A stretch of DNA of 64,000 nt from NCBI GenBank assembly GCA_964530725.1, contig CAZGYV010000002.1, positions 26,046 to 90,045 on the forward strand. The letters are read 5' to 3'. Numbering within the stretch: the stretch's first letter is position 1; each line of letters starts with the position of its first letter. The position numbers and the translations under genes were made by a program. The stretch is from an uncultured Candidatus Saccharibacteria bacterium (lineage in GTDB: Bacteria > Patescibacteriota > Saccharimonadia > CAILAD01 > CAZGYV01). Positions 45,868-56,498 of this stretch are shown one piece after another. Under the pieces are notes generated by a model. It made no database searches. It was not told the DNA's origin and saw only the letters and a list, made by a program, of their open reading frames with translations.

Positions 45868-46581
45868 TTAGATAGTGCCTTTTAGGTAAGCTTGGCGGCG
45901 CTTTTCAGGAAGTCGCTCGATCGCGTAACGTAGCATTGTCCGCGACATGGTCTTATAACGCTCATTTTCGGCCAAGAAATCTTCCAAGATCTTCTGGTCG
46001 CATCTTTTACCCACTTCGCGCAACATCCAGCCGACAGCTTTGTGGATCAAATCATGCTCGTCATCAAGCAGTAGCTCGGCGAGCTTGAGCGACCATTCGG
46101 GATTACCTTTTTGGATGAAATAAAATGTCGAAATAATGGCGATCCGCCGCTCCCAGATGCTCGAAGACCGGGCCAACGCAATCAAAACGTCTTTATCACG
46201 CTCCTCCAAAAAATTGCCAACAATATAGCCGGCACTCGAGTCAACAATGTCCCAATTGTTAACATATTCGGTGTGATTTAAATAAAAGTTGTAAATTTCT
46301 TCCTTGTGATAATCATCAGTCTGCTTGTACTGCATGACCAAAATTAGCACCGCCAAGAGACGCTCTTCGTGAACCTTGCTTTTTAAGAGCGTTTCGATTT
46401 CCGCCAAGCTTAGATCGCGATGGGCTTTGGCGACTTTGCGTAAATTTGGCACGGCCACGCCGATAAACTCGTCTCCTTCGCCATACTCGCCCGGACCGGT
46501 TTTGAAAAACCAAGCCGAAGCTTTGGCGCGTTCCGGATCGATGTAAGTTTTCAGCTCCCTTCTCAAACTGGCAATAGACAT
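45868..46581 (-). CDS. DNA alkylation repair protein (AlkD/AlkC-like HEAT-repeat glycosylase family)
   Basis: 237 aa, all-helical repeats; ...NWDIVDSSAGYIVGNFL...WERRIAIISTFYF..., typical of the AlkD family. Confidence 0.6.
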   Translation of the reverse strand: MSIASLRRELKTYIDPERAKASAWFFKTGPGEYGEGDEFIGVAVPNLRKVAKAHRDLSLAEIETLLKSKVHEERLLAVLILVMQYKQTDDYHKEEIYNFYLNHTEYVNNWDIVDSSAGYIVGNFLEERDKDVLIALARSSSIWERRIAIISTFYFIQKGNPEWSLKLAELLLDDEHDLIHKAVGWMLREVGKRCDQKILEDFLAENERYKTMSRTMLRYAIERLPEKRRQAYLKGTI

Positions 46582-46710
46582 GTAATGATTTTACCATAAG
46601 GAAAAGCGCGGATTAGAAACCCGCGCTTTCGTATTTACCTAAAAAGCTGTTTGCCCTTAAGGTGATTTTAGCCCAATAATTTGTTTTGACCTGGAGTAGG
46701 GCGGGCTTAC

Positions 46711-46932
46711 TTACCACCAGCTAGGCCAGCCTGTGAAGTGACCGCTCACGAGCATGGCGACGAACAAAGCCACCGTCACCAACGCGCTTATGAAAGTAGT
46801 GCCGCCAGTGGCCTGTTCGCTGCGCGAGCTAGTGTCGTGCGACACGATTGCGATGGCCGTGACCGCAAAACCGATAAAAAACAGCCCCATGAAAATGGTT
46901 GTCAACATCAGCGCTCCCAAGCTTTTCAGCAA
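46711..46932 (-). CDS. Small two-TM membrane protein
   Basis: 73 aa, hydrophobic. A terminator hairpin lies downstream at 46597-46625. Confidence 0.35.
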   Translation of the reverse strand: MLKSLGALMLTTIFMGLFFIGFAVTAIAIVSHDTSSRSEQATGGTTFISALVTVALFVAMLVSGHFTGWPSWW

Positions 46933-47029
46933 AGACCCTATCGTTTTAGCATGCGCGTGTCACGACCGTCAAGTGCTGGCTTTAGTCCGATCTGGTGTTA
47001 TAATCAAGTCATAATTTCTTGGAAAAAGC

Positions 47030-47386
47030 ATGAACAGTAAAAGAAATCTAAGTCCCGTCTTACTCGGCCTCATCATTATTATCATCGGCATCGTACTGCT
47101 GATTGGTGTGTTCTTCAAAGGGCTCAACGCCGATGTCATCATGGCGAAATACTGGCCATTATTAATCTTCTTTGTCGGAGCTATCATGGCAGCAGCCAGC
47201 CCGAAAGCCGGCCTTATGACGATGCTTTTTGGAGGTTTGCTGTTGATGTACCAAATGAACCTACTTGGAAGCGGTGCCGGCAAAGGCATAATCGGGTTTC
47301 TGATAGTGATACTTGGATTAATTGCACTTGTTACTAGTACTAGCAAGAAGAAAGGGAGCGACCGCGATTTACCGCCGCCGCGTTAA
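47030..47386 (+). CDS. Hypothetical multi-TM small membrane protein
   Basis: 118 aa with four hydrophobic segments and a basic C-terminus. Confidence 0.45.
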   Translation: MNSKRNLSPVLLGLIIIIIGIVLLIGVFFKGLNADVIMAKYWPLLIFFVGAIMAAASPKAGLMTMLFGGLLLMYQMNLLGSGAGKGIIGFLIVILGLIALVTSTSKKKGSDRDLPPPR

Positions 47387-47395
47387 TAATAAAAA

Positions 47396-48457
47396 ATGAA
47401 AGAATCTGTACAGATTAGTAACCAAACTATTGTCCGAATATTATTTATAACTTCGATTTTTATTGGCAGCATCTTTCTGCTCTATAAAGCCTACCTACCG
47501 ATCATTTGGATAATAATCGCCTTTTTTATAGCCTTGGCCATGGAGCCATTTATCGCCTTTACTGCCAAGCTGCTGCCGGGCAAAGAATCTACCAAAAAAC
47601 GCGGGCTGGCAACTCTGATCTGTTTTTTAATAATAACAATATTTTTAGGTGGATTATTTATCGTGCTAATTCCACCCTTCGTCGGACAGATAAACAATAT
47701 GATTCGAACAATACCGAGCTGGTACGAACAGTTTATCAACTCCAACACGACATTCGCCAACTATTTTAATCAGCTCCAAATAAGCGATTTGGTCACTACT
47801 AGCCAACTATCTGCTCTGAGTAATTACGCGCTCAGCCTGGGGCGCAGTATTTTTATGACGGGTTTTGCGCTTATTATGATCGCAACTTTCACTTTTTATA
47901 TGTGCCTAGAGGGGCCGCGCTGGTTTGAAGTTTTACTCCGCTATCAACCGGCCACAGAGCGCGCAAACCGCCGCCAGATGCTAATTAAAATGCACCGAGT
48001 CGTGACTGGCTACGTCGGCGGCAATCTTTTTACTAGCTTGATCGCGTCGATCACAGCCGGTATTAGCCTGGTTATACTACAAGTCCCTTACGCTCTCGCC
48101 TTGGCAGTGACTGTCGGCGTGGTCAACCTAATACCTTTGATTGGTACCAATCTAGCCATCTTCATCGTCTGTACCATCACGCTGCTATCAAGCGGCTTCA
48201 CCAAGGCGATTATTATGCTAGTATTTTTCATTTGCTACCAAACTTTTGAGAACAGCTATTTGTCCAATCAAATTTATGCCAGAGCGGTTAATATTTCACC
48301 GCTGGTAGTTGGTATTTCATCGCTGCTCGGTGGCTTTATGGCCGGTTTCTTGGGCGCCCTAATCGCCATCCCGGTGGCGGCCAGCCTACAAATATTACTA
48401 AAATACTATCTCGATCGACACTACGCCAGCAGAAAACAAGCCCATGCCGCCAAATAA
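47396..48457 (+). CDS. AI-2E family (UPF0118/PerM-like) transporter
   Basis: 353 aa with ~8 TM. Topology and conserved C-terminal region are typical of the AI-2E family. Confidence 0.6.
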   Translation: MKESVQISNQTIVRILFITSIFIGSIFLLYKAYLPIIWIIIAFFIALAMEPFIAFTAKLLPGKESTKKRGLATLICFLIITIFLGGLFIVLIPPFVGQINNMIRTIPSWYEQFINSNTTFANYFNQLQISDLVTTSQLSALSNYALSLGRSIFMTGFALIMIATFTFYMCLEGPRWFEVLLRYQPATERANRRQMLIKMHRVVTGYVGGNLFTSLIASITAGISLVILQVPYALALAVTVGVVNLIPLIGTNLAIFIVCTITLLSSGFTKAIIMLVFFICYQTFENSYLSNQIYARAVNISPLVVGISSLLGGFMAGFLGALIAIPVAASLQILLKYYLDRHYASRKQAHAAK

Positions 48458-48767
48458 GCCGGATCCGGTACCAAATTACAATAAAATCATCGGTATGGGT
48501 GGTTTTTTCATCACCCTTGGGGTGATTTTTTATCATTTCGCAGAAGGTTTGTCGTGGCTTGATAGCGCCTATTTTACAGTTATTACGCTATCGACAGTCG
48601 GCTACGGTGACATCACGCCAAAAACTCCACCCGGCAAAATTTTCACCATCTTCTACGTTTTTGTCGGTATCGTAATCTTCGTGGCCATTGCTCGCACTGT
48701 CCTGGCGCGAGCCGCTTACAAGCAACAGACAAGAGCCCATGCTCGTAAAAAAGCACAGACAAAGTAG
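48444..48767 (+). CDS. Minimal two-TM potassium channel (KcsA-like pore only)
   Basis: 107 aa: TM1, pore helix and the selectivity filter TVGYGD (YFTVITLSTVGYGDITP), then TM2. Overlaps the previous gene by 14 nt. Confidence 0.7.
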   Translation: MPPNKPDPVPNYNKIIGMGGFFITLGVIFYHFAEGLSWLDSAYFTVITLSTVGYGDITPKTPPGKIFTIFYVFVGIVIFVAIARTVLARAAYKQQTRAHARKKAQTK

Positions 48768-48791
48768 CAGCTATAAAACACCATTCAAAAA

Positions 48792-49112
48792 CTACTCTTT
48801 GGTATTAAATTCGATACCGCCCGACAGACCTGCCACGACATTAAACAGCCAGCCATAAACCACGCCAATCAACCAGCCGATCGCAAAATAAATTAGCGGC
48901 AATAATATTACTGTCATAAGTCCTGCCGTCATGCCAAATAACATGCCCTTAATAAAGCTATCGGTCGTCTCGCCAAAGGCTATACTCCAACCAACTGCCG
49001 CGATCAAGGCAACGGTTAGTCCGATCAATCCCCAGGCCACACCGACGAACAGTGCCAGCGAAGTAGGCTTGACGCTCTTGATTGTCAATCCCTCACGTGC
49101 CATTTCCACCAC
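48792..49112 (-). CDS. Hypothetical membrane protein
   Basis: 106 aa, three hydrophobic helices. Confidence 0.35.
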   Translation of the reverse strand: MVEMAREGLTIKSVKPTSLALFVGVAWGLIGLTVALIAAVGWSIAFGETTDSFIKGMLFGMTAGLMTVILLPLIYFAIGWLIGVVYGWLFNVVAGLSGGIEFNTKE

Positions 49113-49275
49113 CCCCTCTCTTGTCCACGTTATGTCATAATTCTAATGCTTATTATTTCGGTAGCCTGTAATATTTGTTACAAAGGTCGCTGCAAAATCA
49201 AGCTCGCTATAAAGCGCTTCCGGTTGACATGAGGGGTGCTTTAGGAGTATCAATAAGCTAATAACGAGTAAAATC

Positions 49276-50460
49276 ATGGCCAAAGCAAATACCAATAAAT
49301 CATCTAAATGGCGTAGCTTCTTCGTCTGGGCTCTTATCACTCTTGGCTGCTTGATGACGGCAGCCTTTATAGCAGTCAACTGGACAGAACGCGTGCTGCT
49401 GACGACCGACAACTGGGTAGCGATCACTTCACCTCTACCCAAGGACGATCAAGTAGCCGGTGCGGTTGCGGAGCACACTGTTAGCAATTTTTTTGACTCG
49501 CTCGATGTCGAGACGAAAGTGCGCGATGCCCTGCCCGAGCGAGCGGTTTTCCTCGCCCCCACCCTAACAACCGCCCTACAGACACAATCTGAAAATATAA
49601 CTAAAAAATTTATCCAAAGCGACCAATTCCAAGGCCTCTGGGAGTCGGCCAATCGTCTAGCGCACGCTCGCCTGATTGAGGCTGCCCGATCAAACGATCA
49701 AGCTCCGGCCGAACGGACAATGCAGCTGGGAAATACCAGGTTCAACCTCAATTTAACCAATTTGCGCCAACACGTCGCTAGCCAGCTGCAAAGAAGCGAC
49801 CTAGGCGGTAACTTTGCCGACCCTAACGGTCAGAGTGAAATCGTGGCCGACCTCAAGCTAACGGCCCAGAATCTAAAACGCTTCATCCGCAGTACTGACG
49901 CTCTCTACGCCATATTGCCATATGTCACTATTACTATATTTCTGCTCGCGATCGCTATTGCCAACCGGCGCTACAAGGCGTTATTGGGTATTAGCATCGG
50001 TATTATGATTGTTACAACACTCCAAATAATTGGCTTGAAAATCCTCCGGCCTGAGGTCATCAACCAAGTCCAGAACAGTCTTTATCGGCCGGCCGCGGAC
50101 GTAGTTTGGGACTCGCTCATTATTCCCTTTAATAACATGGCGCGGAACTATTTCATCGCCGCCTTGAGTCTCGGCATTCTAACGATCTTTTTTGGTCCTT
50201 TCCGCGCTACGACGAATATCAGACGCAAGCTCAAGCTAACGGAGATAAAAAAAGCCAGTGTATTCGAATATGTTTTAGTCGGCCGAGGATGGATTGGGCA
50301 AAACAAAAAATATATCTGGATCGGCACGGGTGTATTGGTGCTAATTTATCTAGCTTTCACCAGTAGTCTTGACTGGATACAAGCTATCAAAATAATCACT
50401 CTGGGAATCTCCTGTGGCGCTGTTGTTGAAATGCTAGGCATCCGAACACGCACTTCCTAA
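49276..50460 (+). CDS. Hypothetical membrane protein (N-terminal TM, large extracytoplasmic domain, C-terminal TMs)
   Basis: 394 aa with hydrophobic segments at the N- and C-termini; no known motif. Confidence 0.5.
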   Translation: MAKANTNKSSKWRSFFVWALITLGCLMTAAFIAVNWTERVLLTTDNWVAITSPLPKDDQVAGAVAEHTVSNFFDSLDVETKVRDALPERAVFLAPTLTTALQTQSENITKKFIQSDQFQGLWESANRLAHARLIEAARSNDQAPAERTMQLGNTRFNLNLTNLRQHVASQLQRSDLGGNFADPNGQSEIVADLKLTAQNLKRFIRSTDALYAILPYVTITIFLLAIAIANRRYKALLGISIGIMIVTTLQIIGLKILRPEVINQVQNSLYRPAADVVWDSLIIPFNNMARNYFIAALSLGILTIFFGPFRATTNIRRKLKLTEIKKASVFEYVLVGRGWIGQNKKYIWIGTGVLVLIYLAFTSSLDWIQAIKIITLGISCGAVVEMLGIRTRTS

Positions 50461-52034
50461 GCTGGCTTGGTTTTTAATACCTGAGTCGAAGGCGCGCTCG
50501 CCCCATTCTCATACTTCGATAAATAGCGCAAGAATCCGCCTAAAATTATTATATTCATACCAACAAAACATGAGCTAATAATGACCAGCTCGCGGGTTTG
50601 CGAGGGCAAAGGATTTGCCAGCAACAAGCTAGCCCGCACCAAAGTAAGAACAAAAATTATCAACAGGCCATACAGTCCGTACTTGACCCAAGTCTTCTCT
50701 GTATACAAGGCTAGTTTGCGTGAAACATCAAATTTTTTTTGAATCCGAACCACCCCTTTGAGAGCCATCAGATGCGTCAACATGCTCGCCAGGCCAAATG
50801 CCTCAGTAAAAAATATATTGTACGTCCCTCGGGCCGCCAGAGCGGTTAAAAAGATAGATAAAAATAAGAATGGCAAGTAAATCGTCATGAAGCCCGTAAG
50901 ACTCATGTCGACCGGGCTGGCTAGCCAAAAAATACAGAATATCGGTATTAATACGTACAGCAAGCGTTGCACGCCAGCAAGATGGGCCAAGGTGGCACTA
51001 AGATAGTTTAGTCTTTGACCAAGCGATAAGCCGGGAATTACCAGTGGAGAGTCACCGGAGCGCAATAATAGCCCGAGCGATCCGGCGGCCCAGCGCAAGC
51101 GCTGCTTGTAAAACTCTTTGAAGCTAGCCGCTTCTAAGCCAAAGGCCAGTGGTTCATCGACGAAAATCGACCGCCACCCCAAGGCATGCAGGCGCAGTGA
51201 GCTATGAATATCTTCAGTCGCGGTTCCGGTCGCGAAACCACCAATACTATCAATCGCCGCTCGCCGCAAGACAGCGCTGGTGCCGACAAAAAACGCCGCA
51301 TTGAAAGAATTTTTTGCCGGCTGGATGCACTCATAGAACATCCCCTGCTCTGACCACAGCTTACCGAGCCGCCCCTGACAATACAAAAAACTTTTGCGAT
51401 TATAGTAAGTCTGCGGCGTCTGAACAACGCCAACTGTCGCGTCATCAAAATAGCCAATCGTGCGCTCCAAAAAATTCGGTCGTGGCATATGATCACAATC
51501 AAGCAACAGCAAGAGTTCAGCTTTTGACATAACCAAGCCTTGATTTAAATTACCGGCCTTTGCATGCTGATTATCTTTACTCGCCTGATACGAAACGCCC
51601 AGCCGCCGGCACAGGCTGGCGATATCAGCCCTATTGCCGTCATCCAAAACAATAACTTTATTAATGCCACGTACCGCTTTGGCCATTTTGATAGTCGGGC
51701 CAACCACGCCAATCGACTCATTGTAAGTCGGAATTATCGCGTCAACCGTATATCTTTTGTGCGCACAGCGGTGGATGGGGTCGTAGATGCGCCGTACTAT
51801 CAGCAAAAATAGCCACGTCGTGATAATTCCATACAAGTCAGCCGCCAGCAGCAGCGGGCCGTACCAGACACTCCAATTGACCGTGCCAGACAAGCGCCAC
51901 ACCAGATAGAGCGTGGCCGCTATGCCATAGACATAAAACAACCACGGCCGCCAGGCGGTCTCAGGCCGCTGCTTAAACTCTGCCCGCCAAGCCGACGAGG
52001 TCATTTTTTTATTTGGCTCGCCACCATTAGACAA
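50457..52034 (-). CDS. Family-2 glycosyltransferase, processive synthase type (cellulose/chitin/hyaluronan-synthase-like)
   Basis: Motifs YNESIGV, VLDDGNR, DCDH, TED and QRLRWAAG (QxxRW), with flanking TM helices. Overlaps the previous gene by 4 nt. Confidence 0.8.
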   Translation of the reverse strand: MSNGGEPNKKMTSSAWRAEFKQRPETAWRPWLFYVYGIAATLYLVWRLSGTVNWSVWYGPLLLAADLYGIITTWLFLLIVRRIYDPIHRCAHKRYTVDAIIPTYNESIGVVGPTIKMAKAVRGINKVIVLDDGNRADIASLCRRLGVSYQASKDNQHAKAGNLNQGLVMSKAELLLLLDCDHMPRPNFLERTIGYFDDATVGVVQTPQTYYNRKSFLYCQGRLGKLWSEQGMFYECIQPAKNSFNAAFFVGTSAVLRRAAIDSIGGFATGTATEDIHSSLRLHALGWRSIFVDEPLAFGLEAASFKEFYKQRLRWAAGSLGLLLRSGDSPLVIPGLSLGQRLNYLSATLAHLAGVQRLLYVLIPIFCIFWLASPVDMSLTGFMTIYLPFLFLSIFLTALAARGTYNIFFTEAFGLASMLTHLMALKGVVRIQKKFDVSRKLALYTEKTWVKYGLYGLLIIFVLTLVRASLLLANPLPSQTRELVIISSCFVGMNIIILGGFLRYLSKYENGASAPSTQVLKTKPA

Positions 52035-52197
52035 ACCTACCCCCTTTTTATCAATACTACCATCCCTGGTTCATCTACTGTCAATTAATTCGCTTTGAAA
52101 TGCCTTCAGACCCCGATGCCAGCCGATGTCAGCTTTAAAAAATAAAGCGCCGCCAACACACAGGGACGACGCTTTACTGAAATGATAATTTTGGTTT

Positions 52198-52740
52198 TTA
52201 CGATACTTCGTGATGCGCCAGAGAGCGGGCAATCGTAATCGCTCCAGTGATCAGAGCATAAACTCCAACCACCCAGGCAAATGCTATGCCGCTGCTAACC
52301 GGATAGCGCAAGACAACGATACCTGCCAAAAGCGCGATTATACCGGTCACTATCAACAAAGTACGGTCCTTTGCCTCGCCTTTATCAATAAAGGCCGCTA
52401 GCAGCTCGACTACACCCTGAACCAAGAAGGTAAAGCCGATCACCAAAATAAATGTCGCTACAGCCACCGTCGGACGGTTCAGCAAGTAAACACCGGCGGC
52501 AATCTCTATCACACCCAAAATAATACGCAATATCCAATGACTGCCTTTTCCGTGAAGTGTGATGCCCTCGATAATCTCGACCACGCCATCTACTAACAAG
52601 TAAATAGCGAACACTAGTGAGAAAATTACCAATGATAATCCTGGCCACGCGATCGCGATGAGTCCCAAGAAAAACAATGCCAAGCCTCTCACAATCATCA
52701 GCCACATGTCATTGTGCGGCTTTGTTGCTACAGCTTCCAT
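52198..52740 (-). CDS. HdeD/DUF308-family membrane protein
   Basis: 180 aa with repeated GxxxIxxGxxxL helices typical of DUF308. Confidence 0.55.
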   Translation of the reverse strand: MEAVATKPHNDMWLMIVRGLALFFLGLIAIAWPGLSLVIFSLVFAIYLLVDGVVEIIEGITLHGKGSHWILRIILGVIEIAAGVYLLNRPTVAVATFILVIGFTFLVQGVVELLAAFIDKGEAKDRTLLIVTGIIALLAGIVVLRYPVSSGIAFAWVVGVYALITGAITIARSLAHHEVS

Positions 52741-52874
52741 AACAATTCCTCTCCAAACTTAAATTTATCTGATAATTTAATTATTACTCCTTGGGGGCTT
52801 GATTTGTCAAGCAAGTTGGGCGCCGCTAGCCTCAAACTTTTTTCAAAAAAGCGATTTTGATAGTTTTTCTAAAG

Positions 52875-55361
52875 CTACCGGTAGCTGTCTTTGGGCGGCG
52901 GGATATTAGAGCTTGGAGCGGTATCGGACGAGGCATTGGCAGCCGACGGACTAGCCTGGTCTGACGGCAAGCCTTTGATTTCGTTTAAGCTTAGATTGAT
53001 AACATTTCCCGCCCCGACTTCGCCGCGCAATATTTTAGCCGCCACTACGTTTTCGACTAAGCTTTGCATAGCGCGGCGCATTGGCCGAGCCCCCAGACGA
53101 GGATCGTAGCCGGTCTCGACGATAAAGTCTTTGGCATCATCAGCTAACGCCACCTTGATGCCCTGATTCTCCATCGTTTTATTAAATTGAATTAGTAATA
53201 GGTCAACTATCTGCTTAAGCTCGGGCTTGTTGAGCGGACGGAATAACACCACCTCATCGAAACGGTTGATCAATTCCGGTCGGAAATAGTTTTTGTTGAT
53301 TATTTCGTCTTCAAACTCCTTCTCGAATTGCTCCAGGCTCTGACCGGCCTCGATCCGGCGGCGAATATCATCCGCCCCGGCATTACTGGTGCAGATAATA
53401 ATGGCTTCTTTGAAGTTAACTTTTTGGCCATTGGAGTCGCTCAAGCTGCCTTCGTCGAGCATTTGCAACAACAAATTGAGCACGTCAGGGTGGGCTTTTT
53501 CAATCTCATCAAGCAGGATTATGCTAAATGGCTTCTGGCTGACTAAGCGCAAAAAGGTCGAGCCGCCGGCCTTCTCGCTAGCAGCCGCCAGTAAGCGCGG
53601 CACGTCTGACTTGTCCTGATACTCGGTCATGTCAAGGCGGATCATATTAGCTTCGCTGCCAAAATAAATCGCCGCCAGGGACTTGGTCAGCTCGGTCTTA
53701 CCAACACCGGTGGGGCCCAAGAACAGAAAGCTGCCGACTGGCCGTTTCGGATCGCGCACGCCGGCCCGTGACCGACGCAGGGCGTTAGCCACCACGCTGA
53801 CCGCTCGGCTTTGGTTGATCATCCGCCGATGAATCGCACCCTCGAGATTGAGCAGTTGCTCCTTCTCCGCCACGTCGGCCTTGGCAACCTTGGTATTGGT
53901 GATCGCTTCGACCGCCCGGGCCACCGAATCGTCCGTCACGACATTACCGTTAGCGTAATTAAGGCTGTCTTCGAGCAAGTTCATCGCTTTAGCCGGAAAA
54001 GCCTTGCCCTGCAAAAACCGAGCCGCCAGCCGATAAGTCTCCACCAGGGCCTTGTAGGTAATCAATTTTTTGCTCGGTATTTCGTAGGCAATGGCCATAT
54101 CGCCCAGGATCGACACCGTAGTCGCCTCATCCGGCTCGTTGATATGCACCAGATTGAACATCTGCGTCAAAGCCGGATACAGCGTGCCCACGCGGTGCCA
54201 ATCAGCCGGCGTCATCGACAAAATAACTCGCACTTTGCTCTGCTGCAAAAGCGGGAAAATAATCTGCGTGATATTAAGGCCACCCGGATCGTTGGAGAAG
54301 AATATTTGCGCGTCATCTAAGAACAAAATAATATTCTGAGCATGCGCCATATCAGACATAATGCGGATCATGATTTGCTCAAGGCTTAGTCCGCGATTTA
54401 AATTGGTCGTGATGGCGGTTGATGACAGGCTGACGATCTGGTCATAGGCCAGTACGCCTTGCGTTTCGCCGCGGATCAGGCGATCGGCCAACGCGTGAAC
54501 CAGCTCGGTCTTACCGACGCCAGTCTCACCGACCAAAGCCACGCAATTGCGGTCCGGCCTGGCCAAATGCGCTTCCATTTGATCGAGCAAATTACCGCGC
54601 GCCGCCGCTGAAAAATCTAGATTGCCACTTTGTATCTCGAGGCTGATGTTGTGCGCGAAATGGTCTAGGGTCGGCGTGAAGCCAGCCGCGAAATCACGGC
54701 CAATGCCGCCAAAGACCGACTTCGGTTTGGGGCGCATATACCGACGGACGACGTTCTCCTGCCAATGAAGGCCGAGCAAAATATCCTTAGCCGTCAGATT
54801 GATTGATTGCAAATAGTGTTCGACCGGCTGGCTAGTGGTCAGAAGTGCCGTGACTACCATGCCGGCCGAGATATAGTCCTCGTTGTACGTCTCGCGCAGC
54901 ATCGAGGCTGCTCGCCAGACCGCGTCACTGTCGGTCGGTGCTTTTGAGAGCAAGCCATCGATAGTAGCCTCGTCGAGCAAAAAGCGATTGACAAAAAATC
55001 TATGCTGCCAGTTGCCCCTGATCGCCTGCCAGAGAGCCTGTGGACTGGCGGGCATTTTAAACCGATAAACGATATTGGAAGCCAGCATCTGATCAAGCCG
55101 CTTGGGATCGCGATCTTTTTTGACGGTTTTGTCCAATTCTTTCAAGTCCCACGCGAACCACGTGAGCAGCATGACGACTAGCAGCATTAAAGCAATTAGG
55201 ATGTAGCCGGCGTTAACATCGATGACAATAAGAGCAAGGCCAGATGCCGCCAGCAGTCCAGCGGCGGCTTTCAGCGCCAGCAGCAGACCTTTTTTGGTGG
55301 CGATCCGGGCAAACTTAGCCTTTTGCACTCTAGCTGTATTGATAAATTTATACTGCTCGTT
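52875..55361 (-). CDS. Clp/Hsp100-family AAA+ ATPase (ClpC/ClpB-like, two nucleotide-binding domains) with N-terminal TM helices
   Basis: NBD1 LVGETGVGKTE and NBD2 FLFLGPTGVGKTELTKSL, plus GARPMRRAMQ. Two hydrophobic helices lie near the N-terminus. The track start 55418 overlaps the upstream ORF. A GTG start at 55361, overlapping that ORF's TGA as GTGA, is proposed. Confidence 0.8.
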   Translation of the reverse strand, partial: NEQYKFINTARVQKAKFARIATKKGLLLALKAAAGLLAASGLALIVIDVNAGYILIALMLLVVMLLTWFAWDLKELDKTVKKDRDPKRLDQMLASNIVYRFKMPASPQALWQAIRGNWQHRFFVNRFLLDEATIDGLLSKAPTDSDAVWRAASMLRETYNEDYISAGMVVTALLTTSQPVEHYLQSINLTAKDILLGLHWQENVVRRYMRPKPKSVFGGIGRDFAAGFTPTLDHFAHNISLEIQSGNLDFSAAARGNLLDQMEAHLARPDRNCVALVGETGVGKTELVHALADRLIRGETQGVLAYDQIVSLSSTAITTNLNRGLSLEQIMIRIMSDMAHAQNIILFLDDAQIFFSNDPGGLNITQIIFPLLQQSKVRVILSMTPADWHRVGTLYPALTQMFNLVHINEPDEATTVSILGDMAIAYEIPSKKLITYKALVETYRLAARFLQGKAFPAKAMNLLEDSLNYANGNVVTDDSVARAVEAITNTKVAKADVAEKEQLLNLEGAIHRRMINQSRAVSVVANALRRSRAGVRDPKRPVGSFLFLGPTGVGKTELTKSLAAIYFGSEANMIRLDMTEYQDKSDVPRLLAAASEKAGGSTFLRLVSQKPFSIILLDEIEKAHPDVLNLLLQMLDEGSLSDSNGQKVNFKEAIIICTSNAGADDIRRRIEAGQSLEQFEKEFEDEIINKNYFRPELINRFDEVVLFRPLNKPELKQIVDLLLIQFNKTMENQGIKVALADDAKDFIVETGYDPRLGARPMRRAMQSLVENVVAAKILRGEVGAGNVINLSLNEIKGLPSDQASPSAANASSDTAPSSNIPPPKDSYR

Positions 55362-55729
55362 CACGGCATCACTCCGCGGATAATAAGGCCTATTATCAGC
55401 AGCGGCGCGACTGGCCACAACACGACAAATATCACTCCCAGCACGACGGTCAGGATAAAGCCGACCGTGGCGGCTAATATCACCATGACGCGGACGATAA
55501 AGCCGATTAGACGCGAGATGAGATTATCAACCATCGCCCGCATCATCGGCCCGAAGCCTTTGGCTGGATAGGTCACGATGCGCCGCCAGGGTGCAAAAAG
55601 CGTCCGCAACAAGGTCGGTACCGAAAAAACATACCAGATATTGCGCAGGCGAGCAGCCAATTTCTTGACTAAGGTGATCCAGCCTTCGGCGTACCACCAA
55701 CGAAAAAATTCGATAAATACCATAAGCAT
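55361..55729 (-). CDS. Hypothetical membrane protein co-transcribed with the Clp-like ATPase
   Basis: 122 aa with three TM helices. Confidence 0.45.
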   Translation of the reverse strand: MLMVFIEFFRWWYAEGWITLVKKLAARLRNIWYVFSVPTLLRTLFAPWRRIVTYPAKGFGPMMRAMVDNLISRLIGFIVRVMVILAATVGFILTVVLGVIFVVLWPVAPLLIIGLIIRGVMP

Positions 55730-55823
55730 ATTCTAAGCCAATGGGCTGGTTCGAACAACTAAAGAACAAAAGGAGAGGACTGCTCTCTATTATAATTTAG
55801 TTGTTAGCATGAAGGACTTTTTA

Positions 55824-56387
55824 CTATTGCAAGTTTACCTTCACGCCATTTGAAAATGCGCTATCATGCAACTCAGCACTTACCGCTGTCTGATCTTTCG
55901 GTATATCAAACACTATCGTTCCTGACACACTATTGCCTGGGTTAATATTGTTGTACCAGCTACTGCCATTCGGTGTGTTATACATGGTGGCAACATCATC
56001 CGCTGAGTATTTTTGACCCTCAGCATTAAACAAATATTGATTACTTGAAAGAATACTTTGAGCCTGATCACCAATATTCTTGATTGCTACGCTCAACAAA
56101 CAGTACTGCCCCTGGGCATCCTTGGTTAGAAAATTCGAGCCAACATTTGACTTACCACACTCTATACTACTAACCGTAAACTGAAATTTACCATCATTTG
56201 CAGCCTCTCCTATTTTTGCGACCACGGCCTTCTTCTCGGTGGACGAGCTTGTAGAAGAAGGGGTGCTAGAATTCGTAGATTTGCCACCACCAAGTGCACT
56301 CGATACGATGCCTATTACTATTAACCCTAAGATTACAGATATAACCTTATGCCTCATAAACCAATTGGTTGATTTTTCCTTGGCCAC
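55824..56387 (-). CDS. DUF4352-like membrane-anchored protein
   Basis: N-terminal TM and Ser/Thr-rich linker. The beta-rich domain has ...GTIVFDIPKD..., typical of DUF4352. Confidence 0.55.
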   Translation of the reverse strand: MAKEKSTNWFMRHKVISVILGLIVIGIVSSALGGGKSTNSSTPSSTSSSTEKKAVVAKIGEAANDGKFQFTVSSIECGKSNVGSNFLTKDAQGQYCLLSVAIKNIGDQAQSILSSNQYLFNAEGQKYSADDVATMYNTPNGSSWYNNINPGNSVSGTIVFDIPKDQTAVSAELHDSAFSNGVKVNLQ

Positions 56388-56498
56388 CTTTATTCTCCTT
56401 ATTACTTATAATCATTTGATTACAAGACAGTATCACATTATAGCTTTGTAGTCAAATGATTATGTTATTATACTCGGCTTTTTCCTAGGATTAAGGAG

